Assembly: GCF_001194135.2 (NCBI RefSeq)
Contig: NC_069005.1
Span: 15,343,973-15,400,545 of the forward strand
Direction of reading: 5' to 3'
Length of the DNA: 56,573 nt
From: Octopus bimaculoides
Lineage: Eukaryota
Of the stretch, positions 24,703 to 37,659 are shown in pieces. Position numbers and translations under genes: made by a program. Position 1 is the stretch's first letter. Every line of letters begins with the position of its first letter. The notes under the pieces are model-generated. The model was not told the origin of the DNA. It ran no database searches and worked only from the letters and a program-made list of their open reading frames with translations.

Positions 24703-25509
24703 TATAAGAGCTGATCAATAAGTATCCGGACTGTTGCCATAGTAATGAAACTAAAGCACACAGAGTGAAGCCACTTGGGACAGATTAACCTTGAACTCTG
24801 TTGTGCATGCACACTAAGTTTCAATGTTCTAGCTCACTTCTGCTGTTTACAGTAGTGCTTGGAAGGAAGGTGTGTAGCATGTGATTGTTGCATTGATCAT
24901 GACAGAGAAAGTTGTCAAGGCGATACCTGCTCAGAGGCCTAAGCAAAGTTGCAGAAAGGATATAAAGAGAAGTGTATGAGCTGCACATAAGTGTACAAGT
25001 TGTACAGACGTTTCCAAGATGGCCAAAAAGATGTCAATATAGAACATTCTGGGAGACCTGCAGCCAGCAGAACTGAGGAAAACATTGCATATGTGCATGC
25101 AGCTGTGAGGGGAAATCATTGAATTACCATCCGAGAGTTATCAGAGGATGTGTTTATTAGTTTTGGTTCAGTTCAGTCCATTATCACTGAAGGATTGGGT
25201 ATGAGATGTGTGTCTGCCAATTTTGTGTCAAAACTGCTTTCAGCTGACCAAAAAGACACTCAGGTTTCAGTTGCACAAGATCTCCTTGATTGTATCCACA
25301 ATGATGAAAACTTTTGAAAACTTTGCATAGGCCTCTGAGCAGGTATCACCAAGCTTTTGGTAAAATGTGATGCAGATTCTCTGCTGAACTTTCCGTCATG
25401 GTCATTGTGATGATCACACGCTACACACCTTCCATCCAAGCGGCTTCACTCTGTGCTTTAGCTTCATCACTATAGCAACAGTCTGGATACTTATTGATCA
25501 GATGATGTA
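24703..25509 (+). mobile_element. Non-autonomous fold-back mariner derivative, near-complete
   Basis: Left end ctgatcaataagtatccggactgttgccatag and its inverse at 25455-25509. Transposase N-terminus (HSGRP..SRTEENI..IRELSED..) truncated before the first catalytic Asp. Confidence 0.85.
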
Positions 25510-25537
25510 CACACACACACACACACAATATCTAATA

Positions 25538-25571
<34 letters not shown>

Positions 25572-26553
25572 GCAAAACAAAAAAAATTTATAGGCCAAGT
25601 GGCATAGAAAATTTTTTTTTCATTTGCCCTTAATTATAATTGTNNNNNNNNNNCACCTTAAAAGGTATTTTAATATGATGGCCACTGATGAAATTTTTCA
25701 AAACAAATTTTATCCTTATATACATATACATATTTATATATCTATACATACATGTGTGCATGTGTACATATTCAACGTGTGTAATATTATATATAAATAA
25801 ACAAAGTAGCTAGTTGTAAAATCCCTAGAAGAGACGAAAGTAGTAACTATACCAACAAGTAAAGTTAATCACCACATCAAAGTAGTGGCTATTCCATGTT
25901 ACTACGAGTTTAACCTCAGGCAGATCTTCTGGTAGCTAGTTATCAGTGCAGCCCTGCACCCTGAACATATACATTGCTAGCAGGGGAGTGAACCCCTACC
26001 ATCCTCCAGCAGATGACAGGATTGTAAAACTGACTCAGTTTTGAGTTAGTTTGCTCGTCTTCAGTTGCAAATACCTGGTCACCAGAAAGATGGTCAGAGT
26101 CCACTCCAGCTAGCAATATATTTTAAACAAAGTGACCATCTGTCACTGATTCACAACAAGCAAAGTAGGTAGTTGTAAAATCACAAGTAGAGATGAGAGT
26201 AGTAACTATACTAAGAAGTCACACTGATTGTTCCATGTTACTACTAGTTTAATGTGTATATATACATGCACATACACACACACACACATTTAAATATATA
26301 TATGCTAGCATGGAAAGCGGACGTTAAACGACGATGATGATATTTGTATGTGTGTGCAATTTTCTTTTATATCACAAATATTTATCACATAAAAATTGAA
26401 GAATGAGCCTTGCTGGAACAACTTTTTTCATAGGTTTTCTCAGTCAGGGCTGACTTAGAGCTTCAAAATTTCAAAATATAAAGCTCTAGAAAGACAACAC
26501 TTCAAACAGATTTAATGTATATTCCAGGTAAAAAAAAAAAAGATTTTATTTAC

Positions 26554-26656
26554 CGATAGCAGGAATGGTCATACCATGTTGTGAAGTTCTTCTTTCACTA
26601 GCTTTACTGGATGGTCTTCGAACTGGAGAATGAAATGCAGATCTGTCTGGTGGAAC
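26554..26656 (-). CDS. RIMBP2: RIM-BP exon (103 bp, phase 0/1), VPPDRSAFHSPVRRPSSKASERRTSQHGMTIPAI
   Basis: Pyrimidine tract plus cctgcag| acceptor and G|GTAAAT donor. Splicing to the next exon gives IPAI-E-ITRD. Confidence 0.85.
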
Positions 26657-27532
26657 CTGCAGGAAAAAGAAAATAATATATTATTGGAATAAACAGAAGA
26701 GTTTGGTACAAAAGCCAAACTTATTAATTTTGGTTTGGTTTTCATGCTTATAGTCACAAATGTTGAGTCATCTCTGAAATAGTATGGTTGCAAATGCAAG
26801 TATCTGAAATGTTAGTTTAGTTCCTTCCTGAGTCAAATAGACTCATAGAGCTGGTTGCCCAGTTTCTGTGGCACATATATTCCCCACCTGGACAGGACAC
26901 TGGTTCATCGCAGGATTACTCATTTTTGCCAGCTGAGTGGACTGGGGCAAAGTGAAATGAAGTGTTTTGCTCAAGAACACAATGCATTGCCCAGCTGAGG
27001 AATTGAAACCACAATCTTACGATTATGAATCCAACACCCCTAACCACTAAGCCACGCACCTCCACTAAAGAAAACGACATCTGCTGAAACTACCTTTCAT
27101 CGGGATCGAGCCGGAAAACTTACTACCAAGCAGGCATCCCATCCAGGGATGTGCTTGCCAAGTATCTGAAATGGGGTTCTGCCAAAAGATTTCTAGAGCA
27201 ATGTAGCTCAATACGGTTGCTACATCCACGCATTGAGCGGTCATAGATCTGGCATGATGGACATGTGATTAGAATGTAACAAGAAAGAACCACAAAATTG
27301 ATTCCTCAAGCCAAGTCAACGGGTGGGAAACCTAAGGTTAGATCAAGTATGAGATGATTGAATAATATCCATAGTCCCAGATGGTCATGCTTAAGAATCC
27401 AGCCAAAAAATGTAATGACAATTGTTTCTGATAGAACCTTATGGAGTAGGTACCTGGTGACCTTACACTGACAACACTTCCAGAAATAGTAGGTGGAGAA
27501 GATGGATGGATGGATAGAGTATAAATATACAT

Positions 27533-27662
27533 TTTTATTAATATTTAACAGAAGCAACAGAGTGATACAAGGTCTGAGAGTTTCATGAATTGGCGCTAGT
27601 GTCAACGCAAGAAACTCTTTGACTTTGAGTCACTCTGTTGCTTCTGCTAAACATTAATAAAA
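27533..27662. mobile_element. Palindromic miniature element (about 52-bp arms); right half also at 5147-5210
   Basis: Outer 33-bp arms with 2 mismatches, then imperfect inner arms ending gagtttc/gaaactc. Confidence 0.7.
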
Positions 27663-27784
27663 GTTTACATATACTCACATTTTGAGTTCAATTATACCTG
27701 TTTGCACCAACATACGTATACATATATATATATATATATATATACATGCGCGTGCGCGCACACACACACACACACATATATATC

Positions 27785-27815
<31 letters not shown>

Positions 27816-27888
27816 GTATACACACATACACACACACATATATATATATATATATATTATATACATATATTATATATNNNNNNNNNNN

Positions 27889-27934
<46 letters not shown>

Positions 27935-29339
27935 TACATACATATATATATATATCTTTATATATACTCACACATATATACACATCTACATAACTACCTA
28001 CTAACAACTCTACCTGTGTGTATATAAACTGTGGATTTGGAGGTATATATATATATATATTATATATACTAGCAGAAAGATCGCCCTCTGGGCAGTTTTC
28101 TGCTAGTCATTCGATAATATTTTCAAACTTGATTCTCAATTCTAATAATTTTTATATTTTAAGTCTAATAATTTTTTTGTTTGTATTATAGTGCTCACTT
28201 GCTTAGTAAAATATTGCTTTCATTATTTTATCACATTCATAATCTCTCTTTTTTAAACAAACATCAAGGTAGTCCAACTATGTTTAATGTGCCAAAAAAT
28301 AGCAGTGATCACATAGAGATATTTTAATACCTACAGCATATCAAATAGCCATAGCAAGACATTCACTTGCTAATTCTTAGATAACGATGGAAAGGAAATA
28401 AGTTACATGAGTCTGAGGCTTCAGTAAGTTTTAATAAGTTGTCCAATATAATTTATTTTCAGTATGTATAAACAATAAACTGAGAGCAGTTACATAGCAA
28501 ATTTATGTCAATAAAATACCTGATTTCCTCATCTAAAATAACGAAATAAAACTTGAAATGAAAATACTACAATAAATATATATTAAGTAGATTGTTATTA
28601 ATGAAAACGATTAGAGGCAGGAGAATGAGAAGGTGAGGGGCTGTGTTGAAAATTAAAATGAAAAATTTTGCCAGAACATATCAATATTGTTTATCAAAAG
28701 TTAAAACCTACTCTGCAGGGAACGTAAAGCTTGGCAACACATTTTAAAATTTGTGATAGTAAATAGTAGCAGATGCTTTGAAAGTGCCTTTTTATCGATA
28801 TATATTAACAGAGGAATTTGTAAAAATTTTCCAGAGATTCAAAGCTATAATATGGCTATTATGGAGGGTGTGATTAACTAACTAATGGACATAACAGAAA
28901 TTTATATGTAAATATATAACTGTGTCAATTTGTTATATATATATATTCATCATTAATAATTGATAGAACTTACATAGGTGTGCATAGATAGATAGATGGA
29001 TAGATAGGTGGATGGACACACACACACACAAGTCTGGTGCTGTGAGAACACATGAGAATGGCGTTTCCTTACTTTTTTATATATACCCATATTAAAAAAG
29101 GATCTAATATAATGATATCATCCATCCAGCATGTGTTGAAATATGCCAAAACAATCTAATTCCTCACAAATGAATGTTACTTTACATATACTTTATGTGT
29201 TAATTGTATTTACTGAAACTTGCTAAAAAGCATATTTTGCTTTAAAGTAGTATCACTTTGTAGACACAATTGTCAGTAATCATACTGTTTCCATTTCTCT
29301 CAGCCGATATTTTTACATAAGCCTTCTTTTGAACTTTAG

Positions 29340-30250
29340 ATAATGCAACATACAGCTGACTATGTGAGAAGAATTGTTGGAAAATATATTCCAATTTGTT
29401 CAAAAGTCTGTCCTTGTGTCTTGTTGCATGTCAAAGCAAAAGCTGGCTTGACAGGAAATTTTCTTGCATGTAAATGTAAATTCCATTTCTTGAGACATGT
29501 GTGGTATTCTTGGAATTAGCAGAGTTGATCCTGCATAAGGACCAGAAGCAACCTCAGCCTCAATAATATGATCATGTAAACTGATAATGATGTAGCGTAT
29601 GTCACTGTAATGTCCATCAGTAGCATCTAAATTTCTCAGAAGCATTATGCAGCATTTTTTATTCAGTTTGAGAATGTTTGGTGGAAACCCTGATGGTGTA
29701 AGTTTGTTGATGAACTCAGGTACAGAGTTTCATTACCAGCTGTATCTGAGTTTCTGTATATTTTTAGCTCACCAGGGATCCTGGTCAACAGAAAATCATT
29801 CACAAATTGTGCTGCTTCATTTGTTGGAGTATTGATGGTTCTATTTGCAAGCCACACAGGGTTTGTCAAGTTATTTTTGAGGTCAGCATATATAAAATCA
29901 CATAGATCTGAAAGAGTACCACTTTCAAGGCAAAGGTCATTGGATAGTTTGATTTGGAATTCACCTGGATTTTGTTCAACAGAAATGTTACCATTTCCTA
30001 CATCAAGAAGGTAATTAGCAAACTCTCTTTCATCAGAACGACTTTCTGTAAGAAATCTTAGATTGGTTGTTAACTCCACTACTTCCACATGATCGCAAAG
30101 AAAAGATCTCTTTAGTGTTGCGTCAACAATTTGTGATCTGACACCATTATTTTGAAGTAGAATATTCTCCTCTCAATATACCCTAACCAGTCGGTCATGT
30201 GTAGCGGAAACAGAATCCCATCTACGTCTCTGTGCATATTCAGGCATCTG
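29340..30250 (-). mobile_element. Helitron PIF1-like helicase remnant; candidate 3' end at 28069
   Basis: SQIVDATLKRS..LTTNLR..FANYLLDVGNG..TPTNEAAQFVN..LKLN..IMLLRNLD..LIPRI, with frameshifts. Confidence 0.88.
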
Positions 30251-30989
30251 TTTCAGTCACTTTGCCCTGGTTTCATCTGATTCAGTTGCCTGTCTTTTTC
30301 TCTGCCATTGTGTCTTTGCTGTTAAATTTTCTTTTTTCAGTTGCATATTTTTTTGGATGTTTCACGTTCAATTGCAAAATGAAAATAAACATGAAAAGAA
30401 AAAAACTGTATAAGTGAAACCTCACTAAAAACTATCTTGCTAGAAATAGCAGCAATAACATAGTTATTATTGTAAGGCTTATAGCATTCCAAGCAGCTAT
30501 ACGAACAAAATCCCTTCTTCAGTTAAAAAAAAAAAAAATTATACCGGTATATTAAAGAATTTTCATTTTATCAAAAATATTCATTTAACAAACTCCGAAA
30601 ACTGATAATATTCTTGAAATTGTGTCTCATATCAAAAGTTATATAGATATTATTAAATTATCATTAATGGAAATAGAGGTGAGTGAGAATGAGAGACTGT
30701 GACAAAGAAAAACATAAAATGTTGCCAGCAAGAATTAATATTGTTTATTATCAAACATTAAAATCTACTCCGCAGTGAATGCAATGAATATTCAAATTTA
30801 TGAAGAATTGGACACAGTGAATGCAATGAATATTTAAATTTGAGAGAATTTGTAGTTAAAAAAAATCAATAAACTTTAGAAAAGGAAATTATAGGAAATT
30901 TCTCAGAACATGAATATATAAAATTTATCCAGACTGGGTCTCAGATAAATCAGCAGAAATTCACAATCTACTTTTAGAAAAACAAAACT

Positions 30990-33286
30990 TCAGCAATACA
31001 CTTCTTTCTCAGCCCTTGAACCTCAACTCAAACGAAGCTTACAGAAAGCTGAAAAGGAAAGTGCAGACTGCTCTAAGGAAAATTAAACAGGAATGGTGGA
31101 ATGATAGAGCAAAAGGGGTGCAAGAAGCAGCTGATAGAAATGATGCCAAGGGTTATTACTCTTATGTTAAGGAGGTATATGGCCCAAAATCTTCTTCAAT
31201 AGTGCCAGTGAGAACAGTTTGCTTCTGACTGACACTGCTTCTATCCATAAACGCTGGGTAGAATATTGTTTTGCACTTTTGAATAGACCATCATCCGCTG
31301 ACATGGGGATGATAGAAAAAAATGGAACACCTTCCAGTTATAGAAGAGATGGCATTTGAACCAACTCTAAATGACATTTATTTAGCTGTGAATAAGCTGA
31401 ATAACAAGTTTCCAGGGTCTGGTGGAATCTGTGCAGAAGTCTTGAAATATGGGGGTGACAAAATGTTTGAACTCTTAAATATATTAATTTGTCACTGTTG
31501 GAGAACTGAGAAAGTGCCTCAAGACTGGACTGATGCCATTTTAGTCTCCTTGTTTAAATCAGGGCCAAAGGATCTGTGTGGTAATTTGTATGGGATTTTG
31601 CTTTTGTCTGTGGTTGGAAAGGTACCTGCCTGCATTTTGTTAGAACGTTTAAATACCTTCATGGTTCCAAATATAGTGTCTGAGTCTCAATGTGGTTTTC
31701 GTTCCTCCAGGAGTACAGCTATCAGACAATTACAAAAAATGTGCATTGAACAGAATCTTGCTCAATACCATTGCTTTGTTGATTTGAGCAAAGCATTTGA
31801 TACTTTGTAAATATGATCAGGGCTTTGCATCAAAATATGAAAGCTAGAGTTAACTTTGGTGGGAAGCTCTCTGAATCTTTTGCCATGGAAAATGGAGTAA
31901 AGCAAGGAGACCTTGATGTACCCACCTTCTTTGCAATATACTTTGCTGTTGTGTTGTCACTTGCTTTTCAAAACTCTGAGGAGGGTATTTACATAAAATA
32001 TTGAATAACAGGGAATGTTTTTAATCTGACCAGACTGAAGTTAAAAACAAAGGTTTTTACTTCAGTCATTAGGGAATTTTTATACACTGACAGAATGATC
32101 TTGTCAGTCATTCTGAAAAAGGTCTGCAATCTCTTGTGTCTGCATTTGATTCAACTTGTGAAGATTTTGGCTCGATCATCAACTTGAAAAAAAAAAAAAA
32201 ACAAACAGTTGTAATGCATCAACCTGCATGTGGTGCTGTTTGTAACCCCACTAAAATTTTTGTTAAGGATAAATTACTTGAAGTTGTTGATTCATTCATC
32301 TACCTTGGAAGCTCTGTACAAAATGATGGAAATCTTGATACAGAAATATATTGGAGTCACGTGTTTGGTGCCAGCGATATATAAATAAGAATACAAAACT
32401 GGCTCTTTACAAATCATTTGTCTTACCATCCCTGTTGTATTTTTGTGAAACATGGACTTGTTATGAAAGGCATTTTAAATTGTTAGAACAATTCCACCAA
32501 AAATGCCTTCATCGCATTTTAAACATTAAATAGAGTTCTTTTACTCCAAACACAGATGTCCTTGCATCTGCAGGTATCACCTCAATTAAAGCTATGATTC
32601 TGAGGAACCAAATGAGATGGTGTAGCCATATTGTTTGAATGGTGGATGAATGCATGCGGAAACAGCTGTTTTATGGTGAGCTTGCAGAGGGGAAACGCTA
32701 TCGGTGTAAACTTAAAAAAAGGTTTAAAGACGGCGTAAGAACTACTATGAGGTCAGTTGGACTGGATCCAGAAGACATAGAAACCCTTGCTTCAGATTAA
32801 AAAAGATGGCGAACAAAAGTGGAGTGAAAACATTTGAAGAGGCCAGGATAACACATGTAAGACTCAAAAGAGATCTAAGGAAGAATGTTATGATTGAGAA
32901 GGTGACTGACAATGATATTTCTGTGTGCACAGTTTGTGACGGACCATGCCATTCTTTTGCTGGGCTCAAATCTCATTTGGGAATCCATGGAAAATGAACC
33001 ACCACCAACTATTCTGCCTAAATGTCTGTGCACACCTTTGAATGCAGTGTATGCCAGAAGGTTTGCAAATTTAACAGAGGCCTCAAAAGACATTTTAAGA
33101 TCCACAAAAATCAGAACTTATCTGCAGCTCTTGGTGGTCCAAATGGGATGTGCAATCTATGAGGGTATCTTTTCAGAACAATGTCTGATTTAAAAAGACA
33201 CATCAGATGCCATGTTGGTTCTAAGGTGTAGGTACAGGAGGTGGTCAAACTCTGCATAAAGAGTAGACAACCACCACATGTATATA
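30990..33286 (+). mobile_element. RTE-clade LINE, 5'-truncated and decayed (RT plus C-terminal zinc fingers)
   Basis: QEAADRND.KGYY...YGP, KVPQDWTDA, ESQCGFRSSRST, FVDLSKAFDT, GVKQG, FIYLGS and LEQFHQKCL, with multiple stops and frameshifts. Confidence 0.93.
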
Positions 33287-34640
33287 TACATATTATATAG
33301 ATATATATGTATATATACAATCATATATAGATATATATGTACATTTACAATCATATATAGATATATATGTACATTTACATATATGTATATATTCAATTAC
33401 ATATAAATATATACATAAATATATATATGCATATATACATATATATATATGTATATATACATACATACATATATATATGTATATATACCTATATACATAT
33501 ATATATGTATATATACCTATATATATACATATATATATATATATATACCTATATACATATATATATGTATATATACCTATATATATACATATATATNNNN
33601 NNNNNNNNNNNNNNNNNNNNNNNNNNNNNNNNNNNNNNNNNNNNNNNNNNNNNNNNNNNNNNNNNNNNNNNNNNNNNNNNNNNNNNNNNNNNNNNNNNNN
33701 NNNNNNNNNNNNNNNNNNNNNNNNNNNNNNNNNNNNNNNNNNNNNNNNNNNNNNNNNNNNNNNNNNNNNNNNNNNNNNNNNNNNNNNNNNNNNNNNNNNN
33801 NNNNNNNNNNNNNNNNNNNNNNNNNNNNNNNNNNNNNNNNNNNNNNNNNNNNNNNNNNNNNNNNNNNNNNNNNNNNNNNNNNNNNNNNNGAAGTTGTGTA
33901 TCTGTGTGAAGCCTTTTTAAAAGTTTATAGAAATCCACTTTTTCGTGAAAATTTTTACATCAATGGAATTTTCTCGATGTGAACTTTCCAGTGCAGTAAT
34001 TAGATTTTTTAAATTCCATTTACTTTGCGTGATTTAAGGGAGATTTAGCTTTTGTTTCTAGCAATTTTTATATTTCTTCCATTCTATCTGTAACGGCGTT
34101 CTTACACATCGATCACATGCTCAACATATAATATAGAGCGTAAGCGTAAGAGTGAGAGAGAGAGAGAGAGAGATAGAGAGAGAGAGAAAGTGATACATAC
34201 TAAGTCATAGATTAACTTGGTTTAAGACTATTCTTCCCTTTCTATTCTTTCCTTCTATCTACCTTTTCACTCTTACTTCGTTCTTCTTCCTCTCTCTCAT
34301 TTAATAGCTTTCTTCTATCCCTCTACTTCTAACATATTTTTCATAACATAGAAATGTAGGTATAAGATTTAGTTTGTGTGTGTTTCGTATATAAACACGT
34401 GCACGCATTGCTATTTTATAACTGTCTTCCATTCTCCCTTCCTCTCTTTCTCTCTCTTCATTGCTCCCGTTCTCTATTCCTTTCTCCCCCTTCTCTCTCA
34501 TTCTCTCAAATGCATATATGCGCACGTACACACAAGCATTCACTACAATATAACTCATGTTCATCAATGTTTTGTAAATATACAAACTACAGAGCTTATG
34601 GACAACACATTGCAAATCAGTGAACTTCATTACAAATGTG

Positions 34641-34810
34641 GGTAATTTTTCAGATTAACACCCGCACGATTTTCACTAGGGTGTTAGGGTTACAGTTTTT
34701 TGGTCAGGGTTAGGGTTAGGGTTAGTATTACAGTTACGGTTTTAGGGTCAGGGTTAGGGCTTTAGGGTTAGGGTTAGGTGATCGTGCGGGTGTTAATCTG
34801 AAAAATTACC
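34641..34810. mobile_element. 170-bp MITE with perfect 30-bp TIRs and a TTAGGG-rich core
   Basis: TIRs at 34641-34670 and 34781-34810. Flanks caaatgtg / gaaatgtg. Confidence 0.85.
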
Positions 34811-35334
34811 GAAATGTGAAAACTACCGACCCTGCCATCTGTTAAAATTTTGTTGTTCTGTTTAATATGTACATAAATTATGCCTCCAAAGAAGAGAGCT
34901 TGCTGGGGAAAGAAAGAAACCGTTTTAAAATGACAGCAACAAACTGCAGCAATTCACCACATACCAGAAGCTACTTTGAACATAATGCAAAATGGTGCAT
35001 CAACATCTACTGCCCAATCTGATAGAATTCTGGCAGAACTGTGTAGCAAGAGATCGCCAGCAATTGCTTCATCAGAAATTGCCGTCCTAGCTCCTGCGAA
35101 AAGGGATTACCCTGCTATGTATAATCAGGGCAGCGCAAAAAGTTGTTTTGCATAACCATTTCTATAGTCAATTAGACAGATGAAATTTACGTACACTTAA
35201 TAATGTTGCGCAAAACAGCCTTCAGACTTTCCCTATCAATTTCATCGTCTTTTGAATTATGAACATATTTACATCATAAGGGTTTTTTCATTGTAAGGCT
35301 TTCTTTTTTAGTTGATTTTCACCTAGCATGTCAC

Positions 35335-35363
35335 ACCCAGACAACGTCGGGTTATACTGCTAG
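35335..35363 (+). mobile_element. Candidate Helitron 3' terminus
   Basis: Hairpin accc(a)gac-aac-gtcgggt followed by CTAG and then T. Confidence 0.5.
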
Positions 35364-35449
35364 TATATTTAGATATATTATATTATATATGTGTCATCAT
35401 ATGACATATATACATATTATTATTATTATTATATTACAGTATATATATA

Positions 35450-36629
35450 CAGGGTGTGTATGATATTTGAGGACAGACTTATGTTTATATAAAAACAAAT
35501 ACATAATAACAGATAACTTTATTTATCAAAAAATGCTATGAGGATAAAAATAAACTTTCTTTTCTATAATGTTATTCAATAAAGCCATTTTCAGCTTCAA
35601 CAACTGCTTTTATATGAGATCTAAATCATCTACATGCTCGAATCAAGTGGTCCTGGTTCATTTGGGACATTACTGACTATGGCAGCTTTGGTGTTATGGG
35701 TGTGTTCATTGACCTCTCTCTCAACAATGCTCCACATGTAATAGTCCAACGGATTGAAATCTGGGGAATTAGGAGGCTAAATACTAGGAGTTAGCATGAA
35801 AATTTTCAGCCATCCATTCCTGTGTTACTAGAGACATGTATGATAAGGTAGAGTCTTACTGAAACACATATGACCTTCCATTAAATACACTGTTTATCCA
35901 GGGCTTAATTGTTTCCAGGACTTCAATGTAGGTGGCAGAGTTAAACTCTAAGGCCTGGTGGAAAGAAGTAAGGAGGCATCACATGTCTTTCATTGCTGAC
36001 AACCCCTAAAACCATGACAGTTGCAGGAAATTTTGTATGCATAACACTTGGAACTTCAGAAGGGTCTGCACAAAACCATTTGTCATTTCTTCTGTTAATT
36101 TTTTGATCTTGGGCGAAGTTTTTCTAGTTTGAGAAAAACCAAATCAAATCATCTTCAGTTGGGTTATTCAGTTTGTTTAAGAGCCTTTTAGATCTGATAT
36201 AGTGGTTTTGTTTTGCTTTTTTGGACAAATTGACCTTTCCTACTTGGAGATCTTTTGCAATTAACCTCATTTACATTCTGGGATGGTAATCAATGATCTG
36301 TTGAACTTGCTGAATAAATTCAGGTGTTCTGATAATTTCAGAGTGTTTAGAATGCTTTTTATGCTATGATACTGGTGATATGTTTCCATCTTCAGTCCCT
36401 AGCTCCTTATGAACTTTGTAGATGAAAGATCTGACAACTTTTAAAAATCGAGATATTTCTAAATCGCTGTGCTCAGCCTTTATAACCACAATAACAGCAT
36501 GCCTCTTCATTTCTTGAGTAAGTTGAGGGTCTGCCATTATTATTTTCTCAAACAAAGATTATACAGAGTAAACAAAAAATGCAAAAATGACTCAAAAAAG
36601 GTATGTCCTCAAATACCTTATGCACCCTG
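35450..36629 (-). mobile_element. Tc1/mariner (maT/DD37D-like) decayed element with TIRs
   Basis: About 26-bp imperfect TIRs cagggtg....tatttgaggaca. Peptides KFPATVMVLGVVSN..VMPP and PPNSPDFNPLDYYMWSIVERE. The subfamily is inferred from these motifs. Confidence 0.8.
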
Positions 36630-37126
36630 TGTAGATATATATGTTACTTTATTAGAGATCTTGAGTAAACAAGAGTCCTTAATTCACTTCATTCTTTTTA
36701 ATTCCTCCCTCTCCCCCTCTATCTTTATAAATAACTTCATTAACTTTCTAGTATAAGCTTTACAAACATTATTGTTTTTACGCTAAACTTTCTTCATCTG
36801 TTTATGATTTTTTATAAAAAAATACCAAGTATTATTTTTAATGGTTAGATTTAATTTACATAAGGTAACTTTTTCTCATTGGACATTTCTCTAACTCACC
36901 CAATGCTGCATATATGGAGACTTAATTAGCAAATCTATACTAATGTACAGAGAAAGTGTTATCGATATCTCTATATTTATATCATGCCCTAACCATTCAT
37001 CTGTTAGTTGTGGTTTAATAATTGACATGACTCCCATCACTATCACACATAGACAGGAACAGATAAACACGAAACTCATAGATCCAACTTCTCTGCTCTT
37101 TTTTTAAAGTTCCTATTATTTTTCTC

Positions 37127-37199
37127 TGCACTGATGAGTACTATGATAATTTGCAAATTCAAAATGGATTTATATCTATGTACGAAACAACTGTATGCA
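37127..37199 (+). ncRNA. Canonical type I hammerhead ribozyme motif
   Basis: TGCA-CTGATGA-GTAC...GTAC-GAA-ACAACTGT-A-TGCA. All core nucleotides present, G-C closing helix II, GUA site. Confidence 0.8.
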
Positions 37200-37497
37200 T
37201 GAATAAACTTCTTACAACTTTTTAACATCTTATCTCCTCCATTTTTGACAAATAAGATTGGATTTGTAGAACTTCATTCCATATATTAATCATACATTTC
37301 AAATTCTAATACTACTTTTCACATCTTCACCAATTTACATCAGTAAACTCTCAGCAAATTATCAAGAATCAACAGAAATCTTTTTGGAAACCACTCCAAT
37401 TAAAGGCCGAATCCACATTCAACCTTTTACACACGTATATGTGTGTATATGTATATATGCGTACATACATATATATGTATATTTATATAAGTATATA

Positions 37498-37530
<33 letters not shown>

Positions 37531-37615
37531 TTTTAAAAATAACGTCGACCACTAATGTGGACAATTAATGCGCTAGAAATAGATCACATCTTGTGTCTAT
37601 TAAATATATATAGAA

Positions 37616-37652
<37 letters not shown>

Positions 37653-37659
37653 TGCAAAT

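Noticed and set aside
27600-27640. GAAACTC...GAGTC resembling hammerhead helix III
   Set aside because: There is no CUGANGA, and it is explained by the palindromic miniature element.
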